Positions 10,008 to 20,800 of a stretch of 63,026 nt of DNA are shown here, in pieces. The stretch's first letter is position 1. Each line of letters starts with the position of its first letter. Below the pieces are notes generated by a model. The model did no database searches. It had not been told where the DNA came from and was given only the letters and a program-made list of their open reading frames with translations. A program made the translations under genes and the position numbers. This DNA comes from Acidobacteriaceae bacterium (GTDB lineage: Bacteria; Acidobacteriota; Terriglobia; Terriglobales; Acidobacteriaceae): assembly GCA_003142935.1 (NCBI GenBank), contig PLOG01000085.1:59613-122638 (forward strand), in the 5' to 3' direction.

Positions 10008-10375
10008 AACGCATTCTGCTGGTCGACGATGCTGCCACGGTACGCATGTATCACCGCGACATTCTCGAATGCGCCGGCTACGCGGTGGAAGAGGCATGGA
10101 ACGGAATCGAGGCGCTGGAAAAGGCTTTGCAATCGCCCTTCGATCTCTTTCTGGTCGACGTGAATATGCCCAAGCTGGACGGCTACGGCTTCTTGAGAGA
10201 ATTGCGCCGCCTGGAGATTCCTCAGATGCCGGCCATCATTGTCTCTACCGAAGCCGAGGCCGACGATCAATTGCAAGCTTACCGGTCCGGCGCCAACGGC
10301 TATCTCGTCAAACCTGTCAGTCCCTCGCAGCTACTGACTCATGTCCGTCTCATGCTCGGAGAGCATAGCCAATGA
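10004..10375 (+). CDS. cheY: CheY-like single-domain response regulator
   Basis: LLVDD, VDVNMP and LVKP motifs; ATGA overlap with cheR. Confidence 0.85.
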   Translation: MKRILLVDDAATVRMYHRDILECAGYAVEEAWNGIEALEKALQSPFDLFLVDVNMPKLDGYGFLRELRRLEIPQMPAIIVSTEAEADDQLQAYRSGANGYLVKPVSPSQLLTHVRLMLGEHSQ

Positions 10376-12909
10376 CCCCGCTGCTTGAACAGTTTCTATC
10401 GGAATCCACCGAGTTTTCCCAGGGCATCGGCGAAAAGCTGATGCAACTGGAAAAAGCGCCCAACGACCACGACGCGATGGACGAACTGTTTCGCCTGATG
10501 CATACATTGAAGGGAAACAGCGGCCTGTTCACATTCCCGGAAATGACGCGTGTCCTCCATGCCGGCGAAGACCTATTGGTCATGGTGAGAAGCGGAGAGA
10601 TTGCCTATTCGCGAAGGCTGGCCGATGGCTTGCTCGCCGCGATGGACTTTGTCATGGTTTTGTGCGGAGACATCGAGAAGACAGAAAGCATAGACGCCAG
10701 CCGGGCTGAAGATTCCGTTCATATTGCGTTGGCTTTGCGGGAACTGATGCCGGCAACGGCGAATGCCGATCGCTCCGGCGATGTTCTTCCCGCGGCGACT
10801 GGGCAAAGATTCTCAAATGGAAAGGCGAACCCCGCGCCGCCGCTCTTTGACGAGGTTCCCGAAAAGATTCGGTGGGATTCCGTTCTCCTGTCCCAGGGCG
10901 GGACCAACCTCTATTGGATTGTTTACTCTCCTGAGCCCGGATGCTTCTTTCAGGGCGACGACCCTTTTCACCGCGCGCGCCAGACGCCTGATTTGTTGTG
11001 GGGCTGCGCCCGGCAACGCGCGCCCTTTCCGCCGCTCGCTGTGATGGACACATACAACTGCGTGTTGGATTTCTATCTCCTCACGTGCGCACCGCGCGAG
11101 GAACTGGCTGAGTACTTCCGTTATATGCCAGACCAGGCGCCGATTCTTGCTGTCGATCCCGAGTGGCTGGAACATTCGTTGCTCGAGGACGCGAAGGAGG
11201 TGGGTTCCGACACTGCGATTGTCCGTAACGGCAATGAAAACATCTTGTCCGATAAAGCTTCTTTGCCATCGCCATCGGCTCTTTTTAAATTTTCGGCGGA
11301 GGAAGCCGCCGCGTTTGACACGATTCTATCCAACCAGAAAAAGATTTTGATGTCGATTGATCGCTCCAACTGGAACCCAGGGCAGATCAAAGCGGTTGCC
11401 ACAGTGCTGACCAACATTGCGAGGGTGGTTGGAGATGCTTCCGCCAAAGATCTTATTGAGGCGGCGCTCGGGCAGGCTCTGGCTTCAGGAAAGAGCGCCC
11501 CGCTGCTGGAATGGCTCCACGCATGGAACACTGAAACAAACAAGCCCGATTCAATCGAAGAGGAGCAATCGCCGGCCGATAACCGGGCGGAAGCTCTGCT
11601 GAGCCCGGCCGAGGCCGCGTCCTCCAGGAGGGTGGATAAGTGCGCCCCCGTTCCGCCGCAGGAAACCAGTTCCGCCCAACCGCCATCCGATGATGGGATC
11701 AAATTCGGCCGCCGCGCCGATGACGCGTATAACGGTCCCAAGAGCCTCAAAGTCGATCAAGCCAAGATCGACTTGCTGATGAACCTGATCGGGGAGCTGG
11801 TGGTTTCAAAAAACGCCTTGCCGTATCTTGCGCAGCGGGCCGAGGCGCAGTACGGCGTGCGCGATCTGTCGCGAGAAATCAAGAGCGAATACGCCGTAAT
11901 CAACCGCATAGCCGACGAGATGCAGGGCGCGATCATGCAGGTACGCATGATGGCCGTTTCATTCGTCTTTCAGCGCTTTCCGCGGCTGGTGCGCGACATT
12001 TCCCGCAAGCTCGGCAAGGAAGTGCAGTTGGTGCTTGAAGGCGAGCAGACCGAGGCCGACAAGAACATCGTCGAGTCGTTGGCCGACCCGTTAATTCACA
12101 TTGTTCGCAACAGCCTCGATCATGGCATCGAGAGCCCTGAAGTTCGCCGTGCCTGCGGCAAGCCGGAGACAGGTACGATCACCATCCGCGCTTCACAGGA
12201 GTCGGATACGGTGGTCATTGAAATTATTGACGACGGCAAGGGCATCGATCCCGCCATCATCAAGCGCAAGGCTTACGAAAAGGGCCTGATCGACGAAGCG
12301 GCACTTGACCGGATCAGCGATCAGGAGGCGATCAACCTGATCTTCTCTGCCGGCCTGTCCACGGCAGAGGTGGTCACCGACCTCTCCGGTCGCGGCGTGG
12401 GCATGGACGTCGTCCGTACCGCGGTCAGCAAGATCAATGGCTCGGTTCATATTGAAAGCGAACTGGGCAAGGGCACCACCATCAGGATTTCTCTGCCGCT
12501 CTCGATGGCTGTAACCCAGGTGATGATCGTCGAGTCCGACGGCCAGCTCTTTGGCGTGCCCATGGACCAGGTGGTGGAAACGGTCCGCATTCCCAGAAGC
12601 TCCATTCGCTGGATCAAACAAAGCATGACGGCCGTTTTGCGCGGGCGCGTCATTCCGCTGAAAGCCTTGAACGGGCTTTTGGGAGTGCCGACTCCGCCTC
12701 GCGCCAATGAAGACGATGAGCTGGCTGTGCTTCTGGTTCACTCCGGCGGCGAAGTATTGGGTCTGCTTGTAGATGCATTCAAGGCGACCCTTGGGCTGAT
12801 TCAAAAGCCTCTCGGCGGGGTTCTATCCGGCCTTTCGGCCTATTCCGGTTCCTCCCTTTTAGGAGACGGATCGGTGCTCATGATTCTCAATACTCGGGAG
12901 ATTGTCTAA
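10372..12909 (+). CDS. cheA: Chemotaxis histidine kinase
   Basis: HPt (FRLMHTLKG), dimerisation (MQVRM), HATPase (HIVRNSLDHG, DDGKG, GRGVGM) and a C-terminal CheW-like domain. Confidence 0.95.
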   Translation: MTPLLEQFLSESTEFSQGIGEKLMQLEKAPNDHDAMDELFRLMHTLKGNSGLFTFPEMTRVLHAGEDLLVMVRSGEIAYSRRLADGLLAAMDFVMVLCGDIEKTESIDASRAEDSVHIALALRELMPATANADRSGDVLPAATGQRFSNGKANPAPPLFDEVPEKIRWDSVLLSQGGTNLYWIVYSPEPGCFFQGDDPFHRARQTPDLLWGCARQRAPFPPLAVMDTYNCVLDFYLLTCAPREELAEYFRYMPDQAPILAVDPEWLEHSLLEDAKEVGSDTAIVRNGNENILSDKASLPSPSALFKFSAEEAAAFDTILSNQKKILMSIDRSNWNPGQIKAVATVLTNIARVVGDASAKDLIEAALGQALASGKSAPLLEWLHAWNTETNKPDSIEEEQSPADNRAEALLSPAEAASSRRVDKCAPVPPQETSSAQPPSDDGIKFGRRADDAYNGPKSLKVDQAKIDLLMNLIGELVVSKNALPYLAQRAEAQYGVRDLSREIKSEYAVINRIADEMQGAIMQVRMMAVSFVFQRFPRLVRDISRKLGKEVQLVLEGEQTEADKNIVESLADPLIHIVRNSLDHGIESPEVRRACGKPETGTITIRASQESDTVVIEIIDDGKGIDPAIIKRKAYEKGLIDEAALDRISDQEAINLIFSAGLSTAEVVTDLSGRGVGMDVVRTAVSKINGSVHIESELGKGTTIRISLPLSMAVTQVMIVESDGQLFGVPMDQVVETVRIPRSSIRWIKQSMTAVLRGRVIPLKALNGLLGVPTPPRANEDDELAVLLVHSGGEVLGLLVDAFKATLGLIQKPLGGVLSGLSAYSGSSLLGDGSVLMILNTREIV

Positions 12910-13268
12910 TGCCTATCGAATTCAAGAAGGACCATGCGTTTCTTCGCGATGCTGTCAGCGTGGAAGAAGCCGAAGGGCTGCTCGAATGGTTGCAGCATGA
13001 GCCATCTGCCAAGGTAGATCTTTCAGCCTGCCGCCATTTGCATACCGCCAATCTGCAGGTGTTGATGGCAGCCAAACCGGCGATCTCCCGCTGGCCTGAA
13101 GACGCGAAGCTGCGCGCCTGGCTTGAGATGGTTTTCCCTCCTTCTGCCGATATGGAGAATCAGAAGCCGCGCCCGCCCAACCGCCGCAACAGCCGGAGAG
13201 CGGCAGCATTGCATAAGGGAAAGGTATCCGAAGTTATCTCTGAAATCGCGCTGGAACCAGTAACGTAA
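12909..13268 (+). CDS. STAS-like domain protein
   Basis: VSVEEAEGLLEWL ... VDLSACRHLHTANLQVLMA resembles STAS_2; TAATG coupling to cheA. Confidence 0.65.
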   Translation: MPIEFKKDHAFLRDAVSVEEAEGLLEWLQHEPSAKVDLSACRHLHTANLQVLMAAKPAISRWPEDAKLRAWLEMVFPPSADMENQKPRPPNRRNSRRAAALHKGKVSEVISEIALEPVT

Positions 13269-13278
13269 GGATCGCCCC

Positions 13279-13653
13279 ATGGCAATGACAATTCTGGTCG
13301 TCGATGACTCGCTCACCATGCTGATGAGCCTCAAGGCCAATCTCGGCACGGGCGGCTTTCGCGTGGAAACTGCCAACAACGGGCAAGCGGCGCTGGACAA
13401 GTTGAAAGCCGGGCTCAAGCCCAATCTCATTCTTACCGATGTCAATATGCCGGTGATGGGGGGGCTTGAGCTGATCGGCAAGGTGCGCGCGCTGCCCGCC
13501 TTCAAATTCATACCGATTTTGACGTTGACCACTGAGAGCCAGGCTGCCAAGCGGGATGAGGGGCGGCGTCTGGGAGCGACCGGGTGGCTGGTCAAGCCAG
13601 TGGACGGCGAAGAGCTGATCAAGATCATCAAACAGATTCTTCCAGGGGCGTAG
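13279..13653 (+). CDS. cheY: CheY-like response regulator
   Basis: ILVVDDS, LTDVNMP, LTTES and WLVKP motifs. Confidence 0.9.
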   Translation: MAMTILVVDDSLTMLMSLKANLGTGGFRVETANNGQAALDKLKAGLKPNLILTDVNMPVMGGLELIGKVRALPAFKFIPILTLTTESQAAKRDEGRRLGATGWLVKPVDGEELIKIIKQILPGA

Positions 13654-13656
13654 ACC

Positions 13657-15003
13657 ATGAGCCAGGCCATCGATTGCACCAATGAGCATGACTCTCGCGC
13701 ATCTGGTTTCCGCGACGATCGGGCCGGGGACGTGAGCGATCGTTCGGCATTTCGCTTACGCCGCACCACCATGCGTCTGCTTTTCGCCCTGGCGCTCAAT
13801 ATAGCGTCCCTGGCTGCGCTTTGGTGGACCGGAGCCTATCCATTGTCATGGTATCCCGCCCATCGCGGGCTCTATATCGCAACCATGTGCTTCTTTCTCA
13901 TCCTGGTGCCCCAGATTATCGTCGCGCTGGTGAGCTGGATCGGGGCCCGCCGTGGTATTGCCGAATTAGGAAATGCCGGAAAGATGACCGCCCGCGAACT
14001 GGAGCATGCGCTGTCAGGGCGCGAAGCATTGAGCGATGAGATAAAGGACTCCAGACTCTATATCGATGTCATGCACGATCATATTGGCGATTCGCTGGCC
14101 GAATCCGAGCGCGAGGTTCTCAAGGTAATTGAACAGATCTCTGTGCTCAATGAGAAAACCAGCCAGCAGAGAGACCTCATCGCTCAAACCGTCGAAAACA
14201 GCAAGACCATCATGGAGAGCACGCAATCGCGGGTCGAAGTGAATAAGGCGATTGTCTCTGCCATCGGCATGCAGATTGAGCAGCAAACCGAGGAACTCAA
14301 GGGCGACTTCGAACATATCCGAAGTCTTTCCAGCGAGGTGCTCGCGCTGACGCCCATGATTAAAATCATCACCGCGATCGCCCAGAAGACTCATTTGCTG
14401 GCGCTGAATGCCGAGATTGAGGCGGCGCGGGCCGGCACCGCCGGTCTAAGTTTCGCCGTGGTAGCCCTTGAAGTAAGAAAATTGGCCGTGCAAACCTCCA
14501 AGGCTGCCGAGGACATTGCCCACAAGATCAACTCCACCTGCGCTCGTGCAAGCCAGGAGGTGGCTGAGACTGAAATGGCACTGAAAATGCACGAAAAAAC
14601 AGACGTAATGGCAGGGTTGATGGCCGACCTGCTTCGAATGCAGGAGGATTTCAGCAACAACGACCAGACGATGCGCGCCCTCATCGTCGGAGTCGATGCA
14701 AGCTGCCAGGAGAGCGTGCTCGGCCTGAGACGGGCAATGGGTCACATCCAGTTTCAGGATGTGATGCGGCAACGAATGGAGCATGTGCAAGGCGCGCTGA
14801 TTGAAATGCGCGATCACATGCAGCGGCTCAGTGAAAAGCCGCTCGACTCCAGTTGGGATGGCCAGCTCGATTTGACCTTCAAGTCTCTTCTCGCCGCTCA
14901 CCTCGATACCTATAGCATGGCCAGCCAGACCGTGACCCACAACTCCGCGGACGGTGCTGTATCGGCCACTCGCGACGAAAGCCCTAAGTTTGAACTGTTC
15001 TGA
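13657..15003 (+). CDS. Methyl-accepting chemotaxis protein with an N-terminal TM hairpin
   Basis: Two hydrophobic segments near the N-terminus, [48 protein letters not shown] and C-terminal KFELF. Confidence 0.8.
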   Translation: MSQAIDCTNEHDSRASGFRDDRAGDVSDRSAFRLRRTTMRLLFALALNIASLAALWWTGAYPLSWYPAHRGLYIATMCFFLILVPQIIVALVSWIGARRGIAELGNAGKMTARELEHALSGREALSDEIKDSRLYIDVMHDHIGDSLAESEREVLKVIEQISVLNEKTSQQRDLIAQTVENSKTIMESTQSRVEVNKAIVSAIGMQIEQQTEELKGDFEHIRSLSSEVLALTPMIKIITAIAQKTHLLALNAEIEAARAGTAGLSFAVVALEVRKLAVQTSKAAEDIAHKINSTCARASQEVAETEMALKMHEKTDVMAGLMADLLRMQEDFSNNDQTMRALIVGVDASCQESVLGLRRAMGHIQFQDVMRQRMEHVQGALIEMRDHMQRLSEKPLDSSWDGQLDLTFKSLLAAHLDTYSMASQTVTHNSADGAVSATRDESPKFELF

Positions 15004-15267
15004 CGTCTTGAGCGGTTCCCGAGGGTTCTGGGTGAATGGCGCATTGATTCGTTCATCCACTGTCATGTAAAGGCCAGTGCACGGGCAATAAGAGGCAGAA
15101 TTTCCAAACCGCGCGTGGGCAGCACATGCTGAATCGCATTCTGCGTGACCTGCACTTCGGAAGTATTCGCGGTTACTTCGGCAGTTTGATTTTCTGCTGA
15201 AATCGACAGGGTGAAATCCCCACACTTCAGGCATTTGCCTTTTCGATTGAGACGACACACTGGATCC

Positions 15268-16539
15268 TTACGCTGCGATCTGTGCGGCTAGCCATTTGTA
15301 AACATCCTCCGGAGTCAGCGAGCGCTCCGTACTCCACCCCGGGCTCTTATCCGCAGGGGCAATCAGATAGGCGGTATTGCTGAATTCAGAGACACAGAGA
15401 CAGATGGTGCGATCCTGCTCAGGATACCTGGAAGCGGAAAGCCAGACATAGCGGGCGAGAATGAGAGCATCGACGGCGCTGTTCTCAGGATCGTCCACGT
15501 CGGGAAGCGAGCTGATTCGCTGTTGATTCTCAAAGACGGCGATGCTGGTGAAAGGCTTGGGCTTGCTGCGCATGCCGAAGCGGGCAACCATGACCCTGGG
15601 ACGAGCGCGGCGAAGCGCCTCACAGGCCGCCCATTCAACAAAGGAATTGGAGAAGATGAGAGCGCCGTTGCCGCTGAGAAAAAGGTCTATCACAAACTGC
15701 CGCATCCTTGGCTGACCAACAAGTTCCGCGGGCCAGAGGTTCCAGCCATCCCAGGATTCGCGGCGAAGGCTGGCCACGACCTCATCGGTGATTTGAATGC
15801 TCTTGGGAGCCTTGTTCAACTCGGCGAGAAACCTGTCGCGGAACGGCTTGAGCGCCGTATGGCTCAAGGAAGATGCGGCCGGCGGAGAAGGAAGAGAAGA
15901 GAGCGCGGCGTTCATTTTTTCCGCGGCGTCGATAAGCCACAGGTCGGAGCTTTCCGCAGCGCCGTGGCCGGCCAGCAGCGTAGCGATCCCGGAAAGGCCC
16001 GGCTTGCCTTTGAGCGCCAATTCGCAGATCCCTCCCGCGTCCCCGGAGATTTTGATCTCTTGCCCGCGTGGATCCCATTGTTGCCACACAGTCTCATGGT
16101 CGACGGGAAGGCTGGCGGGAAGAAAAAGGAGGATGAGCCGCGTCGAGCCGGTTTGAGCCGGAGCGGAAACGCGCGCCGCGGCGTTGATCCCCTCGAAGAC
16201 TTTTTCTGTCTCCCGGCGCCAGTCGGCGTAGTATGCCGAACGCGCCAGCAGGGAGGCATTTTCGATAGTGTCGGCCTGCTCGGAGAAGTTCCAATGCCTG
16301 ACATCCATCTTCGCTTCCAGGGCGAAGAGCGGACCGGTAAGAGCTTGGAACGCTGCGGGACTCAAAGCCTCGACGCCATCCATGAAAGTAACCACGCGAT
16401 TCTGCTCGAAGGGGAACAGCATTGCCCACTGGCTCAACTGCTGATTCAACGCCGGGCGGAGCGTCACCGGCAGGCGCTCTATGAGACGCGGATAGGCATC
16501 CTGAGCGGGCGGTTTCGCGTGCGCATTGACCTTGTTCAT
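15268..16539 (-). CDS. Hypothetical protein (no family recognised)
   Basis: Long ORF with host-like codon use, starting 17 nt after the upstream gene. Start placed at MNKVNAHAK (16539). Confidence 0.7.
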   Translation of the reverse strand: MNKVNAHAKPPAQDAYPRLIERLPVTLRPALNQQLSQWAMLFPFEQNRVVTFMDGVEALSPAAFQALTGPLFALEAKMDVRHWNFSEQADTIENASLLARSAYYADWRRETEKVFEGINAAARVSAPAQTGSTRLILLFLPASLPVDHETVWQQWDPRGQEIKISGDAGGICELALKGKPGLSGIATLLAGHGAAESSDLWLIDAAEKMNAALSSLPSPPAASSLSHTALKPFRDRFLAELNKAPKSIQITDEVVASLRRESWDGWNLWPAELVGQPRMRQFVIDLFLSGNGALIFSNSFVEWAACEALRRARPRVMVARFGMRSKPKPFTSIAVFENQQRISSLPDVDDPENSAVDALILARYVWLSASRYPEQDRTICLCVSEFSNTAYLIAPADKSPGWSTERSLTPEDVYKWLAAQIAA

Positions 16540-16555
16540 GGTGACACCATCGCTC

Positions 16556-17722
16556 TCACAGCCCCGGCAACGGTTTGCCCGGCAGATCCAGCTCCCGGAT
16601 TCCGAAAAGCCCGGCAATCGCAGGACAGATGTCGATGTGCTGCACCTGGCGCTCGATCACATCGGGGGATTTGGCGGCCTCTCCGATGCACATCATCCAA
16701 GTCAAGGCCGTGGAATCGTCAATCGCCCGGTGATTGAAGAAGCCGTTGGTGCTTGACCCGTCGAAATCGCGCCCGAATTCGGGAAGAACAAAGAGAGTGG
16801 TCCTTCCCCTGTAGGCGGGAAGCGACTCAACCAGATTCCAGAGTTCGTAAACCAGGCGATCCATTGTGCGTATGCCGGCCAGATGCATGGAATACGATCC
16901 GAAATGCGCAACCTCCACATCGGAGAAGGTCATCACCAGCAAAGTGGGAGCAAAGCGCCGCATGACTTCAGAACTCACAAGAAAAGTGAACTCATCCCCG
17001 GTGACCGGCGCATTGGTGCGCACCAGATCCTCGATGGCCTTCTGCATGGAGCTCTGCATCGGAAGGTCGAGGACCGGCTCATCCCCGAAGACGGACCAAC
17101 CGAGGCCGTCGTAGTTGTCCGCGTGCTTCAATATGGCTTCGAGTTCCAGCTGCATGGCCGCGCGATCGGCGCTATGCTCAGGGTGCCCCTGCGAGGCGGC
17201 GCGAATCACGGCGTTGATGAGCAACTGCTTGGGGAAGATAACGTTGGCGCCGTAGCGGGGACCGAAGTCGCGCATCGAGCTGGCGCCTATCCGGCTGGAA
17301 AGGGCTTTATTGCTGGAGATCAGCCAGGCGTTGTCCTGGGAGAGGCTCATATTTTTGCGCAGGTATTCAAACAATGTGGGGCTGAGCGGCGATGAGGCGC
17401 CCCAGTCGTCCAGGCGCTCCCAATTCCCGGTCAGGATGCTGGAGATGGCGTTGTAGTGGGAGGTTGCGCCGGCATTGCGGATGAAGGGGTAGAACACGCT
17501 GCGCGGCAGCAGTTCGCGGTACAGATGGGGAATGTTCGAAAGCCCGGTCTTGTGAAAGGTCTCGGCACGGCGAATCCCGGCGCAAGACACGACGATGATC
17601 TTGCGCTCATCATTACCCGCGGTATCGAGCTTGCCGGCGAACGCGCGCCTGCGCGAGGTGGCCCACTGCTCTACGAGCAGGACTGCGGCCGCTTTCAGGA
17701 GATTCCGTCGAGAGGCGTCCAT
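16556..17722 (-). CDS. Tat-exported alkaline-phosphatase-superfamily-like protein (DUF1501-like EFGR motif)
   Basis: MDASRRNLLK Tat motif, plus IIVVSCAGIR, HYNAISSILTG, DVEVAH, TTLFVLPEFGRD and QHIDICPAIAGLFG in AP-superfamily order. Confidence 0.55.
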   Translation of the reverse strand: MDASRRNLLKAAAVLLVEQWATSRRRAFAGKLDTAGNDERKIIVVSCAGIRRAETFHKTGLSNIPHLYRELLPRSVFYPFIRNAGATSHYNAISSILTGNWERLDDWGASSPLSPTLFEYLRKNMSLSQDNAWLISSNKALSSRIGASSMRDFGPRYGANVIFPKQLLINAVIRAASQGHPEHSADRAAMQLELEAILKHADNYDGLGWSVFGDEPVLDLPMQSSMQKAIEDLVRTNAPVTGDEFTFLVSSEVMRRFAPTLLVMTFSDVEVAHFGSYSMHLAGIRTMDRLVYELWNLVESLPAYRGRTTLFVLPEFGRDFDGSSTNGFFNHRAIDDSTALTWMMCIGEAAKSPDVIERQVQHIDICPAIAGLFGIRELDLPGKPLPGL

Positions 17723-17892
17723 GGCACACCATAGCGTATCGTAAAATTCGCGCGCGAGGCGGGAATGTTTCTGCCGGCGGATACACACTTCATTCACCGC
17801 CAAAACCAAATCTCCCGCAGGCGCCTTCACGACTGCGGGAGACTTACCTTCCAAACTGCAGGCCCAATTGCACCTGCAGGCTATCGGCTGTT

Positions 17893-20800
17893 TTAGAACA
17901 CGTACTTTGCGGAAAGCTGGAAGAATCGTGCATCCGGCGTGTTGTTTTGGAACGGCTGAGGACTAGAGATCAGGCCGGTGGACGGCGCAAGATCGGTCTC
18001 GCTTGGCTGTCCCCAGGACTCGCTATTGAAGAGGTTGAAGGCGTCCGCGCGGAACTGAACGTACTGCTCGCGGAAAGTCTTGAAGTTCTTGAACCCCGAC
18101 ATGTTGACACGTTCCCATCCCGGCCCGTGAATCTGATTCGACTTTCCGCCGGCGTATTCAATGGCGCTGGCCAGGTCGGTCAAATACTGATCAACACCGA
18201 TGTTAGTGCCCGGTTGTGGATCGATAAATGCGCAGGGGTTATACCAGTTCGTCCTGGTCTTAACCTTGAGTGGGCAGCTGCTGCCAGTGTCCAGGTTAGC
18301 CGTCGGCACTCTGCCACCGCCCTTGAACGGATTGCCAACGAGTATCGCATTCGGCCCATTGACAATGCCGTTAGCCGCCACAAAATTACCGCCCCCGGTA
18401 AAAACGGTAAATGGAATGCCCGTTTGCGCAGTCCATGTGGCGCTCGCCGACCAGCCGCCGACCAGATAATCCAATACTCCGCTATTTGCCAGGTATTTGC
18501 GCCCCTTGCCGAAGGGCAATTCATAGAGGCCATTAAACGTGAGCCGATGACGGGTGTCGAAATTGGAGTTGGTCATCTCGTACTTGAGTGGGATGAGGTT
18601 TGTGTTGCGATAAGGCGGTCCTCCCCCAATTCCGGGGTTTCCAGCGTCATCGACAGCATGAGACCAGGTATACGTACCAAGGAAGCTGAAGCCGTTGGCG
18701 AAGCGTTGTTGAATCTTTGCCTGCAGCCCGTTATACATGGATTCGCCGATCCACTGCTCGGCACTGCCGGAAGACAAACCTATACCTACAGGAAATGCGC
18801 TGGTGTTCGTAGGATTATTACTGCTGGTAATGGCTAGAGGCCCGAGGGGGTCGGTGCCCGCAAAGGTATGCTTGCCTACATTCCCTACATAGGAGACGGT
18901 TGCAACCATGTCTCTGGTAATCTCGCGCTCAATAGACAAATTGTAGGATTCGGTATAGGTAGTCTTGATGTGGCTATCGGCCATGGCAATGCCGCTTGAG
19001 CCGGCAAAAGCACCTATGCCGCCATGCGAGAGATACTGCGACATTCCCGTTTCCAGAGTTGTACCGTATGGAAATGGAGAATTCGCTGCTGATACTCCCA
19101 ATGACGTCAAAGTGGCAGGGCTGTCAGCAAGAGCGGAAGACGGGCAGGCAGAACTCGCGTTGCTATACCCATATTGGCTGGATGGGAAGCAACTGCCGGT
19201 ACCAAGATACTGGTCGTAAAGAACCACTTGATACGCAAACGGATAGTTCGTCTGCAGTTCGGCGCCTCCAGGCGCTTCAATTGATCCATAGAAGAGGCCG
19301 TAGCCGCTGCGCACCACCGTTTTGGCATCGATCTGATAGGAAACGCCGACGCGCGGAGCAAAGTTATATTGCTGAACGCTTATCAGGGAGTTGGGGTTGG
19401 AACTGGTGTACGCAACACTGATGTTGTTGACGCTCATCGACTGCAGGAAGCTATTCGAAAGTGGGTAGGCGCTCGCAGCCTGAGAAGGCAATACATAGGT
19501 GGCTGCGCCCGTGGCTGCTCCTCCCGCCGTACCCGTACCCGGCGCGACGAGACCTTGCGACTGGATAATGAGGTTGGCTACCTCGTACCCCTTACTGCTG
19601 GGCGGCTGAATAAAGTCATACCGTACGCCCAGGTTCGCGGTCAGCTTGGAGTTCACCTTCCAGTCGTCCTGAACATAAGCGGAACGATAATCGCGATAGT
19701 ACTCGGTATTCCACCCCGGAGACAGACCCACGTTCGACATATTGTCGGTCAGCGCGTCGGCGCCGCTCATTCCGGTATTCGTTGTTCCGCTGCCTCCAGG
19801 GTCGCGTTTGGAGGTATATACGCCGTTGAACGAGTATCTTCCACGCGGGAACACGGACTGAGCGAAGGAGGCGCGGATACTCTCAAGCTGTGCACCGAAC
19901 TTTAGGGAGTGGCTCCCAATATTCTTGGTCACGTTATCGAGAATCTGGTAAATGTTTTGGCGCTCGACGGATGGGATGTCATGTTCGCCGCCCCTTGTAA
20001 ACCTATCTGTCCCTCCCCAGTTTATGTAAGGGATGCCGCCATTGGGCCCCGCATATCCGGTAAAAGGCACACCTCCCATCCCGGGAATCAACTGCTCTGC
20101 CGGAATATTGGCATCCGACTGGGTCACCGAGAAAACGCCCCAGTTATATCCAAAGCGAAACTCGTTGATGAGAGAGGGAGAGACAATGTGGGTTTCGCTG
20201 ATCATAAAGTTTTCTGCCAGATCGCTATTGACTGCGCCCGCACCTGTAATACCGCCCGTAATGCCCGGGTCGTTGCCGTCAATAATCGGTCCCAGTAGGG
20301 GTACATGGCCCACTTGCTCATGCTGGTAGCTAAAGCGCGCATAGGCCTGGTCCGCGGCGCTTGGGTTCCAGTCCAAGCGCTGATCCCATTTCCAGGTATC
20401 GTCATGAGTGGGAGAATTGACACTGTAATTGCTATACAAATCTCCGCTATCCGGAGTGTTGACATTGCTGGAGGTCCAACCACCGGAATTTGGAAGAGGA
20501 TAAGCAGAAAGAAGTGCCTTTCCTACAGGATCGACCTGGGACGGATCGGTCGGGTTAAGAACGTTCGTGGTAGGCGCGCCGATCCCTGAACCATAGACGC
20601 CAGGCGTCGAGTTATTCCAGGCGCAAGTCTGAGAGTAGGTGGCGCATGCCGGATCCGGGTTGGTAACCGCGCCGCCGGTCGTGGTCAAGGGTAGCTGACC
20701 GGCGGAATTCGGCGCGAAGATGCCCCATGGCGTGGACCGTCCGGTTTTGCTCATGTCAAAAAGCTCAGAAAAGTCCCCATTGCGCTGGCTGGCCGTAGGA

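Noticed and set aside
15063-15260. 65-aa ORF with CLKCG after the che operon
   Set aside because: A single CxxC, no convincing RBS or family match; probably spurious or a remnant.
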